Source: an uncultured Clostridia bacterium (GTDB lineage: Bacteria; Bacillota; Clostridia; Christensenellales; UBA1242). Taken from it: a stretch of 64,000 nt of DNA. Positions 28,389 through 36,164 of the stretch are shown one piece after another (the first letter of the stretch is position 1; each line of letters opens with the position of its first letter). Made by a program: the position numbers and the translations under genes. Location of the stretch: contig CALVNZ010000001.1 of NCBI GenBank assembly GCA_944350115.1, positions 93,378 to 157,377 on the forward strand, given 5' to 3'. Below the pieces are notes generated by a model that had not been told where the DNA came from, ran no database searches, and saw only the letters and a list, made by a program, of their open reading frames with translations.

Positions 28389-28429
28389 GCTCTCGTGGTG
28401 TAATGGATAGCACAATGGTCTTCGGAACC
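28389..28429 (+). pseudogene. Orphan 5' 41 nt of tRNA-Arg (acceptor 5' strand through the anticodon loop)
   Basis: 41/41 identical to 28596-28636. Identity ends inside the 3' anticodon stem. No T-arm follows. Confidence 0.85.
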
Positions 28430-28595
28430 TGCTCGCATTTGGCAACTTTCACGCTCGCCAACTCTCTAAACTCGCTGGCTACGCTCTCGTTGCCATGCTC
28501 CGCTCCCCAAAATCTTTTAGATTTTAAGGACCCCTAAGGAACTAATGGTTCCTCAGAAATTGGCACAAACATTAATTTAAAACTTTATAACTTCT

Positions 28596-28670
28596 GCTCT
28601 CGTGGTGTAATGGATAGCACAATGGTCTTCGGAACCATTAGTTCGGGTTCGAGTCCTGACGGGAGCACCA
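28596..28670 (+). tRNA. tRNA-Arg (anticodon UCG), CCA encoded
   Basis: Acceptor GCTCTCG/CGGGAGC. Anticodon arm ATGGT-CTTCGGA-ACCAT. T-arm TCGGGTTCGAGTCCTGA. Confidence 0.85.
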
Positions 28671-28718
28671 AATATTGTAACGAAAATTATTGGCTAAAAC
28701 AGAGAAAGGCGCTTGAAC

Positions 28719-28749
28719 AAAAAACATGCTTACACAGCATGTTTTTTTA
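28719..28749 (+). terminator. Rho-independent terminator
   Basis: acatgct-tacac-agcatgt stem-loop followed by a 7-T run. Confidence 0.65.
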
Positions 28750-28777
28750 AATATATGATTTTTTACACAGTTTTTTC

Positions 28778-29377
28778 TTATTTTTGAAGCTTTTTTAAGA
28801 AATTATTTAACTTTTTTCGATGTTTAAATTGATAAAGATGACTTTGTTTCAAAACCTTGAAAAGGTAACTGGCTTTGTTTTTATGCTTTGGCAAATCTCT
28901 TTTAAGTCGATTTCTTAACGATTGAAAGCTTGATGTGCCTTTCACTATGATTGGTAAATTTTTTACTACTTCAAAATCGATGAGCGTGAAAATTTGCAAC
29001 CCTTCAACAATATAGGTTCGGCTTTTGTCACATGAATCTAAAAATGATTGCAAAAACATGTTGATGTATTTTTGTAAAAGTTCGTGCTCATCTTCATTTT
29101 TGACATCATTCCATTTGTTTTCAACATATGGCACTATTTCTGGATTCGCCCTCAAAAACTCGTCCAACAACGGCTTAAACTCTTGCGAAACATGTTTGGA
29201 GTGAATCAGCCATTCCGGTTGAAAAATGCTGGCGCCGCAACTTCCGGCAAGTTCTTTCGCCGTCCAACTCTTTCCGCTGCCAGACAATCCCGTGACAAAA
29301 AGTATTTTGCTTTCACTAGGAAATTTTTCAAAATTGATTTTTATGTCATCAACATTTTTAAAGCGGTTGATTTTCAT
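28778..29377 (-). CDS. P-loop NTPase/kinase-like protein (unknown substrate)
   Basis: Walker A GLSGSGKSWT. Its ATG at 29377 overlaps the dfx stop (ATGA), indicating translational coupling. Confidence 0.55.
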   Translation of the reverse strand: MKINRFKNVDDIKINFEKFPSESKILFVTGLSGSGKSWTAKELAGSCGASIFQPEWLIHSKHVSQEFKPLLDEFLRANPEIVPYVENKWNDVKNEDEHELLQKYINMFLQSFLDSCDKSRTYIVEGLQIFTLIDFEVVKNLPIIVKGTSSFQSLRNRLKRDLPKHKNKASYLFKVLKQSHLYQFKHRKKLNNFLKKLQK

Positions 29378-29748
29378 TTCCACAATCCATGCAAGTTGCA
29401 GTAAGCATACACGCTTTTCACGCTTTCGCCCCCTAAAAGCATGAAGCTTGCCTGTGGAGCGTCAGTTGGAGCTAAATACTTGCCTGAAAAGCCATTGTTT
29501 GTCTCCAAAACGATCATTGTTATGTAATGTTCTTTGCTCATAGGGTGAAGCACACTTCCCACTTGGACATCAACCCTTTCGCCTTCAATTTTGACAACCG
29601 GTTTATGTTTCTCACTGGCGGCATCAACAGTGTTTGGCTCGATCTTTTGCATTGGAGCCCCGCAGCAAAAAACAGGAACACCCGAGTCGTGAAGTTTGAC
29701 ACAGATGTTTCCGCATACATTGCATCTGAAAAATTCTAACTTTTTCAT
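29374..29748 (-). CDS. dfx: Desulfoferrodoxin (2Fe superoxide reductase)
   Basis: N-terminal desulforedoxin CxxC...CC (CNVCGNICVKL..VFCCGAPM). Center II residues (H..H, C..H: YAYCNLHGLW). Confidence 0.9.
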   Translation of the reverse strand: MKKLEFFRCNVCGNICVKLHDSGVPVFCCGAPMQKIEPNTVDAASEKHKPVVKIEGERVDVQVGSVLHPMSKEHYITMIVLETNNGFSGKYLAPTDAPQASFMLLGGESVKSVYAYCNLHGLWK

Positions 29749-29760
29749 AGGCCTCTCCTT

Positions 29761-30369
29761 TTACTTTTTAAAGCACTTTTTTATAAACTCTTTTTGATCT
29801 TGAATACACTTTCCTTCAAGCTTGTTAGCCTCTTCTATTGTCATCTCGCTCCAATATTTTTGCTTTTCCTTGCTGTAATCGAGCGATCGCAATGGCAAGC
29901 CTTTTATAACCGTCTTGCTTGGCTTGGCGACCATATAACGATAGCTTCTGAATTCAGCTGTGTGATACTTGCCATCAAAATCGCAAGTGACAAGCGCAAT
30001 TTTGAAATAAGAATCACTTTCGCCACCAACCTCTTCGAGCTTTTTAGAAAAAATCTTGATGGTTTCTTCGTCGGAAAGCTCGTTTCCGCCATATCTATGC
30101 ACGAACACTCCCGGTTGATCTTCTGGCTTTAATCTTTCGATCAACAGCCCGCTGTCGTTTGCGATCACCGGCAAACCAGTGGCTTCGTGATAGGCTTTGG
30201 CCTTTAAAAGCGCATTTTCAAGTTCAGTTGCGCCGGTCTCCTCCACCTGGACATCTAAATGCATATCTCGCAAAGTGACATATTCAAGGCCCAATTCGTC
30301 CAGCACTTGCGAGTATATGGCAATTTTGCCGGCATTAGATGTTGCGATCAAAATCTTCTTTTGTTGCAT
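29761..30369 (-). CDS. Ham1/RdgB-like non-canonical purine NTP pyrophosphatase
   Basis: ILIATSNAGKI at the N-terminus, E..GAT..ENALLKA, and IANDSGLLIE, matching Ham1 family blocks. Confidence 0.6.
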   Translation of the reverse strand: MQQKKILIATSNAGKIAIYSQVLDELGLEYVTLRDMHLDVQVEETGATELENALLKAKAYHEATGLPVIANDSGLLIERLKPEDQPGVFVHRYGGNELSDEETIKIFSKKLEEVGGESDSYFKIALVTCDFDGKYHTAEFRSYRYMVAKPSKTVIKGLPLRSLDYSKEKQKYWSEMTIEEANKLEGKCIQDQKEFIKKCFKK

Positions 30370-30508
30370 ATTTCCCTCCTCCTATACATTCTTAGATTAT
30401 CATTTTAAAACTTATTTGATAAAAAAACAAGCAATTAAAAAACAAAACTCCATTTGCTTGGTCGTTTTTTAAAAAGGTGCTATAATTAAAACAAGGAGGA
30501 AAAGTGCC

Positions 30509-30739
30509 ATGGCTAAAACAAAAGCAAGAAAAGACTATTTTGGAATGGGCAGAATCGTCAGCATCATTCTCGCCATTTTCCCAATTACCGCTTGGCTTTT
30601 AGGTTGTATCACAAGGTTTAAAGAAGGCAAAATTGTGGCAGGGATCATACGAATCTTTTTTGGTTTCAATATTCTTTGGATTGTTGACTTAATCGTAATG
30701 ATTGTTAAAGGAAGAATCTGCCGTCTTATTAATTTTTAA
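30509..30739 (+). CDS. Small two-TM membrane protein
   Basis: RBS aaggagg. Two hydrophobic helices. No assignable family. Confidence 0.5.
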   Translation: MAKTKARKDYFGMGRIVSIILAIFPITAWLLGCITRFKEGKIVAGIIRIFFGFNILWIVDLIVMIVKGRICRLINF

Positions 30740-30762
30740 AAATTTTTTACTTGAAGGATTTT

Positions 30763-31539
30763 ATGCAACAAGAACAAATCTCTAAATTTTTGAAACTCTT
30801 GCGCATGGCACAAGACATTGTTGTCTTGACCGGCGCAGGGGTTTCAACTCCAAGTGGATTATCCGACTTTAAAAGTTTATATAACAGCAAATCTTTATTT
30901 CAAGGTTACAAACCCATTGAAATATTGTCTAATTATTTTTTAGTTAGAAACCCAAAAATTTTCTATGATTTTGTCATGCACTATTTTTCTAAACCTTGCG
31001 AACCTAATGTTTGCCATCAGTTTGTCAAAATTCTTGAACAAACCGGAAAAAATGTTACTGTCGTTACTCAAAACATTGACGGCTTACATCAAAAGGCAGG
31101 CAGTAAAAAGGTTGTTGAATTGCATGGAAGCCTTAATGAATGGTATTGCACTGATTGCGGACAATCTCGCACTTTTGAAGAAATTAAAGATTTAAACTTA
31201 TTTGATTGCGAAAATTTTGGTTGCCACGGCTTTTTTCGTCCGGACGTGGTGTTGTATGGAGAAGAAATTAAAAAGAATGCGTTAAATGATGCATTGAGAT
31301 CTTTTTCGAATGCAGACACATTGATTGTAATGGGCACAAGTTTAAAAACCTCTTTGCCATTTGAATTAATTAAAAATGTTTTTAGAGGCTATACGATTAT
31401 TTCTATGGACAAAGATTTTGTTGATTTCCCACAGCATCAAAGCCCAAAAATGAGAATTCAAGAACCTTTAGAAAAAGCTTGTAAACAACTAAATTTTGCG
31501 ATAAAAAAAGAATATGCAACACATGAAAAACAAACTTAA
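30763..31539 (+). CDS. cobB: NAD-dependent protein deacylase (sirtuin, CobB-type)
   Basis: GAGVSTPSGLSDF, QNIDGLHQKAG, ELHG, and Zn ribbon CTDCG...C..C. ATG at 30763 after gaagga is preferred over the track's TTG at 30751. Confidence 0.85.
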   Translation: MQQEQISKFLKLLRMAQDIVVLTGAGVSTPSGLSDFKSLYNSKSLFQGYKPIEILSNYFLVRNPKIFYDFVMHYFSKPCEPNVCHQFVKILEQTGKNVTVVTQNIDGLHQKAGSKKVVELHGSLNEWYCTDCGQSRTFEEIKDLNLFDCENFGCHGFFRPDVVLYGEEIKKNALNDALRSFSNADTLIVMGTSLKTSLPFELIKNVFRGYTIISMDKDFVDFPQHQSPKMRIQEPLEKACKQLNFAIKKEYATHEKQT

Positions 31540-32251
31540 AAATTGTTGGGACAAAATTTTAGAATTTTTGTTCCCTTCTAATTTAAAATGCGTGTTTTGT
31601 GGGCGAGATGTGCCGTCCAAAGATTTTTGTTGTTGCGAAGATTGTCTTCATACTCTACCCTTTAATAATGGACAGAGATGCAAAATTTGTGATGACGAAA
31701 TTTGTGGAGATGGCAACATTTGCGACAACTGTAAATCACATCACAAAAAGTTTGACAAAGCCATTGCTTCATTTATTTATGAAGGCGATGTAAAGAAAAT
31801 TGTTTTAAAATTTAAAAATGACAATGCAAAATATTTAGCGCCACACATGGCAAAATTTATGTTTGACAGATTGAAACAAGAAACAGTTTCTTTCGATTTG
31901 ATTCTCCCTGTTCCACTTTCTGAAAAATCTTTAAATAAAAGAAAATATAATCAAGCAAGTCTATTAGCAGAAGAAATTGCAAAACTTACAAATTCTTCTT
32001 TTAACAATTGTGTACTAATTAAAGAAAAAGAAACAAAACATCAAAAAGAACTTGGATTTTTAGATCGTCAAAATAATTTACATAATGCTTTTAAAGTTGT
32101 CGACAAAAATGCAATCATAAACAAAAACATTTTGCTTGTTGATGATGTGATGACGACTGGCGCAACAGCAAATGAATGTGCAAAAACACTTAAAAAGTAC
32201 GCTAGCAAAGTTTATATTCTCACTTTTGCTAGGAACAAGTTAAGTAAATAA
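31514..32251 (+). CDS. comFC: ComF-family (ComFC) phosphoribosyltransferase-domain protein
   Basis: N-terminal Cys-rich zinc finger. PRTase loop ILLVDDVMTTGAT. Confidence 0.85.
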   Translation: MQHMKNKLKNCWDKILEFLFPSNLKCVFCGRDVPSKDFCCCEDCLHTLPFNNGQRCKICDDEICGDGNICDNCKSHHKKFDKAIASFIYEGDVKKIVLKFKNDNAKYLAPHMAKFMFDRLKQETVSFDLILPVPLSEKSLNKRKYNQASLLAEEIAKLTNSSFNNCVLIKEKETKHQKELGFLDRQNNLHNAFKVVDKNAIINKNILLVDDVMTTGATANECAKTLKKYASKVYILTFARNKLSK

Positions 32252-32281
32252 TAAAATTGCAGACTTTTTTTAACAAAACAC

Positions 32282-32311
32282 TTGACTTTATCTTTACTTT
32301 TCGAGTATAAT
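32282..32311 (+). promoter_or_regulatory. Sigma-A-type promoter for tRNA-Glu
   Basis: TTGACT (32282-32287), 18-nt spacer, TATAAT (32306-32311). Confidence 0.6.
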
Positions 32312-32333
32312 CGTAATCGTCTGCAAGACATAT

Positions 32334-32408
32334 GGCCTCATGGTCAATCGGTTAAGACGCCGCCCTTTCACGGCGGAATGAGGGGTTCGACTCCCCTTGA
32401 GGCTACCA
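32334..32408 (+). tRNA. tRNA-Glu (anticodon UUC), CCA encoded
   Basis: Close to the Bacillus tRNA-Glu layout. Anticodon arm CCGCC-CTTTCAC-GGCGG. T-arm AGGGGTTCGACTCCCCT. Confidence 0.9.
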
Positions 32409-32418
32409 GAAAGAGAAG

Positions 32419-32446
32419 GAGTTGATAGAATTCAACTCTTTTTTAT
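32419..32446 (+). terminator. Rho-independent terminator directly after tRNA-Glu
   Basis: gagttga-tagaat-tcaactc stem-loop followed by ttttttatt. Confidence 0.6.
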
Positions 32447-32538
32447 TAAAACTAAGCGGGAGAGTCGAACCCTTGGGTTCGTGGGTCTCCTGAAAATGAC
32501 TTGTCATTTTTAGGGTATGGCTCCCCTTGAGGCTACCA
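32447..32538 (+). ncRNA. Candidate structured element ending in an 18-nt duplicate of the tRNA-Glu 3' end (with CCA)
   Basis: Two hairpins: ggaga..cgaaccc-tt-gggttcg..tctcc and aaaatgac-tt-gtcatttt. Then ctccccttgaggctacca, identical to 32391-32408. Expression is untested. Confidence 0.3.
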
Positions 32539-32548
32539 TAAAAATAAA

Positions 32549-32578
32549 GCGAAGAAAATGTTTCTTCGTTTTTTTTTA
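32549..32578. terminator. Rho-independent terminator
   Basis: gcgaagaaa-atg-tttcttcg stem-loop followed by a 9-T run. It also lies 3' of the convergent DUF378 gene. Confidence 0.6.
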
Positions 32579-32629
32579 TTTAAACATATAAAAAAAGTGA
32601 AGAATTTAATCTTCACTTTTTTAATAATT

Positions 32630-32872
32630 TTATTTGTCATTTTTTTCGTTTACTTTGTATTGTCCACCAAGATCAAGAATTCCGCGAGAAATGATTGGTG
32701 AAATGATAAGCCAAATTGTAGCAAGCAAGATTACAATATAAATTATGATTGACCCAGCATTTCTTCCGCCACACATCCAACTTACAAGGTCAAAATTGAA
32801 AATACCAACAAGTCCCCAGTTTAATCCACCTATTAAAGTCAAAATGTAGGCGATATAGTTTGCTATAACCAT
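32630..32872 (-). CDS. DUF378-family small membrane protein
   Basis: ATG at 32872 lies after RBS gggaggg; the track's 100-aa version is an upstream extension. The GGLNWGLVGIFNFDLV motif is the DUF378 hallmark. Confidence 0.8.
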   Translation of the reverse strand: MVIANYIAYILTLIGGLNWGLVGIFNFDLVSWMCGGRNAGSIIIYIVILLATIWLIISPIISRGILDLGGQYKVNEKNDK

Positions 32873-33004
32873 GTTTTTTCCCTCCCTATTCCATATTTTT
32901 TGCAAATCAAACAAAATTATTCTCAATGTCATTGTTTTGATTTTTTTACAATTTGATTTTTATTTTCAAATAAAAGTGATATACTGAAATCAAGTGAGGT
33001 GCAA

Positions 33005-34207
33005 ATGAAAACAATTCTATTTGAAGGAAAAATTTCAAAAGTTGCAATAATAAAAATTTTATCATTTTTTTCAAAAAAAGCTTATCACAGCAAACTTTCC
33101 CCCGTCGTTTATAAAGAATATCCTGACCCAAAACTTCCAGCGGAAAACTGGGTTAGAGTCAAAAATATTCAAACAGGAATTTGCGGTTCTGACATGACTT
33201 TTTATCGTTGTGCACAAGGCCCTAGCACCGCTTTTTTGCCTATGCCTTGTTCAGATGTTACTTATTTAGGCCATGAAACCGTTGGTGAAATCATCGAAGT
33301 AGGCAAAGAAGTAAAAAAATTTAAAGTTGGCGACAGGGTTTGCATGAGAAAATATTTGTCTAGTTGTGAACTTAAAGGTTACAAAGAAGAAGAATTTTGT
33401 GATATGTGCAAAATTGGAAACTACTCTGATTGCGAAAATTATGGCGAGCCTAGTAAAATTAATGTGCCAACAGGTGCAGGAATGGGCGACACTTACATCG
33501 CGCCTGAAGGTCAAGTTATGTCTGTTGATGGATTAACCGACGATGAAGCACTTTTAATTGAACCTTTTGCAGTTTCGTTGCACGCTGTTTTAAAACATGT
33601 GCCAAAACCAAATGACAAAGTTTTAGTAATTGGCGCTGGAATGATTGGCTTAAATGTCATTCAATTTGTAAAACTTTTACAACCAAAATGCCAAATTTAT
33701 GTTATGGAAAACAATCCAAACAAACATGCTTTTGCAAAAAAATTGGGCGCTGATCAAATTTTAATTGGAGACCCTTACAAAGCTGTTGCAAACGCAACGA
33801 ATGCAAAACTTTATCAATCTGGAAAAAACAAAATGCTTATGGGTGGGTTTGATGTTATTTTCGATTGTGTTGGAAAAGGAACGCTATTTAACGACACTTT
33901 GCGCTGGCTCAAAGCTCAAGGAACGCTTGTTAAAGTCGGTTATCAGATGACAAAAACTAAATTTGATGAAACTCCAATTTGGTGGCAAGGGCTTCAAATA
34001 ATTGGGGCTGATTCTCATGGTCTTGAAATAGTCAACGGCAAGCCAATGCAAACATTTGATCTAATAAAAGACATGATGTTGAAAAAAGAAATAATTACCG
34101 ATGGCTTCATAACCCACCGCTTCCCTCTCGACGATTACAAAAAGGCTTTCAAACTTTTAATTGAAAATCCAAGAGATACAATAAAAGTTGTGCTCGAATG
34201 CGACTGA
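33005..34207 (+). CDS. Zinc-dependent medium-chain alcohol/polyol dehydrogenase family protein
   Basis: GICGSD, GHETVGEI and Rossmann GAGMIGL motifs. ATG at 33005 lies after the gtgagg RBS. Confidence 0.8.
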   Translation: MKTILFEGKISKVAIIKILSFFSKKAYHSKLSPVVYKEYPDPKLPAENWVRVKNIQTGICGSDMTFYRCAQGPSTAFLPMPCSDVTYLGHETVGEIIEVGKEVKKFKVGDRVCMRKYLSSCELKGYKEEEFCDMCKIGNYSDCENYGEPSKINVPTGAGMGDTYIAPEGQVMSVDGLTDDEALLIEPFAVSLHAVLKHVPKPNDKVLVIGAGMIGLNVIQFVKLLQPKCQIYVMENNPNKHAFAKKLGADQILIGDPYKAVANATNAKLYQSGKNKMLMGGFDVIFDCVGKGTLFNDTLRWLKAQGTLVKVGYQMTKTKFDETPIWWQGLQIIGADSHGLEIVNGKPMQTFDLIKDMMLKKEIITDGFITHRFPLDDYKKAFKLLIENPRDTIKVVLECD

Positions 34208-34425
34208 CCTTCTATTGACTTCCTAGTATATTATTAATTAGCAAAATTCAAAAGTAAAAAAACTTCACTAAAATTAAAGAGCACAACAAAGTTTAAATTA
34301 TTTTGATTTATGTTTTGCCATCCTCCAAATTATAATTTTTAATTTTGTTAATTAGATTTTTATCTAAAAAACACCTTAATTTTAAGGTGTTTTTATTTAT
34401 ATTCTATCACTGCCCAAGTTTTGAG

Positions 34426-35139
34426 TTACTTTATACCACGACACAAATTTGGGTCTTTTGTTTCATTTGAAGTATCATTAACATTTTCACTAAACAATTT
34501 TTCTTCAGCAAGTTTAAAAAATTGTGAAAAATCTGCTATGCAATCTTTTTTAGACGCTCTTGTCCTTGCAATATCTAAAACTGTTTGTTCTTCATTCGTT
34601 TTAATTGTTAAAAGGTCTGGATTTATCTCTAACGCTTTGATTAGAACTTCAGAAAGGTCTTCTTCTGCTGCTGTATGCAAGATGGTTTCGCCGTTCCAAT
34701 TTTTCTCTTTCGCAAGTTCTGGATCAACTTCTAATGCTTCAATTAACACTTCGAACAGGCCTTGCCGTGCAGCTATGTGCAAGAAGGTTTTGCCATCTTC
34801 ATCTTTCTCTCTTGCAAGTTCTGGATCAACTTCTAATGCTTTTATTAACACATCAGAAAAACCTTCCCATGCAACATCATGCAAGAAGGTTTCTCCCCGG
34901 ATATTTTTCTCTCTTGCAAGATTTTTATATTTTTCTACTACCAAACACAAAAAGGCTGTCATGCCGTTTGAAATCGCCAGATCAATCAATGTTTCCCCAT
35001 CACAAGATTTCATTTTTAGCAATTCTTCATCTTTACTACCTTTTGCATCCAACTCTGAAAAATAGTTGATTAAGTATTTCTCTGCTTTTTCGTCGTCTCC
35101 GTCAATTAACTTTTTAGTTTTATCAACAAAGTTTTCCAT
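34426..35139 (-). CDS. Ankyrin-repeat protein (about 5 ANK repeats, no signal peptide)
   Basis: Repeated G(E/K)T(F/I)LH.AA..G...V(L)I.AL motifs, each preceded by PELA(R/K)EK(D/N)..G. Good RBS aaaggag. Confidence 0.85.
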   Translation of the reverse strand: MENFVDKTKKLIDGDDEKAEKYLINYFSELDAKGSKDEELLKMKSCDGETLIDLAISNGMTAFLCLVVEKYKNLAREKNIRGETFLHDVAWEGFSDVLIKALEVDPELAREKDEDGKTFLHIAARQGLFEVLIEALEVDPELAKEKNWNGETILHTAAEEDLSEVLIKALEINPDLLTIKTNEEQTVLDIARTRASKKDCIADFSQFFKLAEEKLFSENVNDTSNETKDPNLCRGIK

Positions 35140-35240
35140 ATCTCACTCCTTTGATAGTCACACTATATCATAGCTTTACGCCATTGTCAATATACAAATT
35201 ATCAAAGTTTTGGTGAGTAAAATAAATAGTAACAAATTTA

Positions 35241-35261
35241 GTCGTGCTCGAATGCAATTAA
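35241..35261 (+). repeat. Relic copy of the dehydrogenase gene 3' end (VVLECN-stop)
   Basis: gtcgtgctcgaatgcaattaa matches gttgtgctcgaatgcgactga (34187-34207) at 17/21 positions. Both read V-V-L-E-C-(D/N)-stop. Confidence 0.6.
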
Positions 35262-35282
35262 AAAACAAACTTTATTAGCTTT

Positions 35283-36122
35283 TTACAATTTACAATCTTT
35301 TTTTATTACTTTAAATTCAAGTGCTACAACACCGTCACTTTTTTGTTTTTCTTTTGGATAGTATTTTTCCATATCTTTAAAACTTGCTTTTTCTTTCTCG
35401 GCATAACCAAGAACTTTTTTGTCGGTATAAAATTTATAAAGTTCTTTAAAAGATTTAAATGTGTTTATTTTTGTTATTTTAACTTTAATTTTTTTATCTT
35501 CTTCTCCCTGCTTTGAAAAGACAATTTTGTCTCCCACATTAAGCATTCTTCGTTTTTCATCGTAAAGTCGCATTTCAACTGTTTTTTGTCCACTTTCTAT
35601 TTTTTCAAATGGCGTTTCCTGTAATTTCATTTGAACGGTTTTTGCAAGAGGCTTTGAATTGATGGATTTTCTAAAAACGAAATATCTTTGCCATAAAAAT
35701 TCGGTCACAAAATTTAAAAGCATCATTAAAACTGTGACTAATGTTCCGTGCCAACCAATTTCTTCAAGAGCGTTTCCGCCAAACACAGAAATTGGAATAA
35801 AAACAGCATAATAAAGTAGCACCCAACCCATCGCAATATAAATATTGTTGGCAGACTGAAAAGTAAATTTTCTGTTAAAAGTAAAATTCCAAATTACTGA
35901 TAAAATGATAGAGATTAAATAGCTTGGCCACCAATACCAATTTATTGCATGATACAAAATTTCAAATGATGCAATTTGAATGACTCCTGCAGATATAGAA
36001 AAGCCAACGAATTTTAGCAATCTAAAAAATTCGTTTTTGTCAAACTTCTTTTTTTCTTTCTTTTCTTCTTTGATAGAATGATTTTCTTTAGTTGTTTCTA
36101 CTACCAAATTATCTTGTTCCAT
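35283..36122 (-). CDS. GtrA-like membrane domain fused to a C-terminal ASCH domain
   Basis: GtrA signature FFRLLKFVGFS..., NFTFNRKFTF with 4 TM helices. C-terminal MKLQETPFEKIESGQKTVEMRLYDEKRRMLNVGDKIVF matches the ASCH beta-barrel start. Confidence 0.6.
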   Translation of the reverse strand: MEQDNLVVETTKENHSIKEEKKEKKKFDKNEFFRLLKFVGFSISAGVIQIASFEILYHAINWYWWPSYLISIILSVIWNFTFNRKFTFQSANNIYIAMGWVLLYYAVFIPISVFGGNALEEIGWHGTLVTVLMMLLNFVTEFLWQRYFVFRKSINSKPLAKTVQMKLQETPFEKIESGQKTVEMRLYDEKRRMLNVGDKIVFSKQGEEDKKIKVKITKINTFKSFKELYKFYTDKKVLGYAEKEKASFKDMEKYYPKEKQKSDGVVALEFKVIKKDCKL

Positions 36123-36164
36123 GTGAAAAAATATATCACATTTTTAACTTTAAAAAAAATAATT

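Noticed and set aside
30763-31539. SIR2-domain protein as an anti-phage NADase effector
   Set aside because: It has the full sirtuin catalytic set plus the Cys4 zinc ribbon and a normal ~260-aa size, and it sits beside comFC. This is consistent with a housekeeping CobB-type deacylase, and there is no partner defence gene.
34421-35069. 214-aa and 111-aa plus-strand ORFs
   Set aside because: They are antisense to the ankyrin gene. Their Ser/Phe-rich repetitive translation mirrors the ANK repeat periodicity, and they have no RBS.
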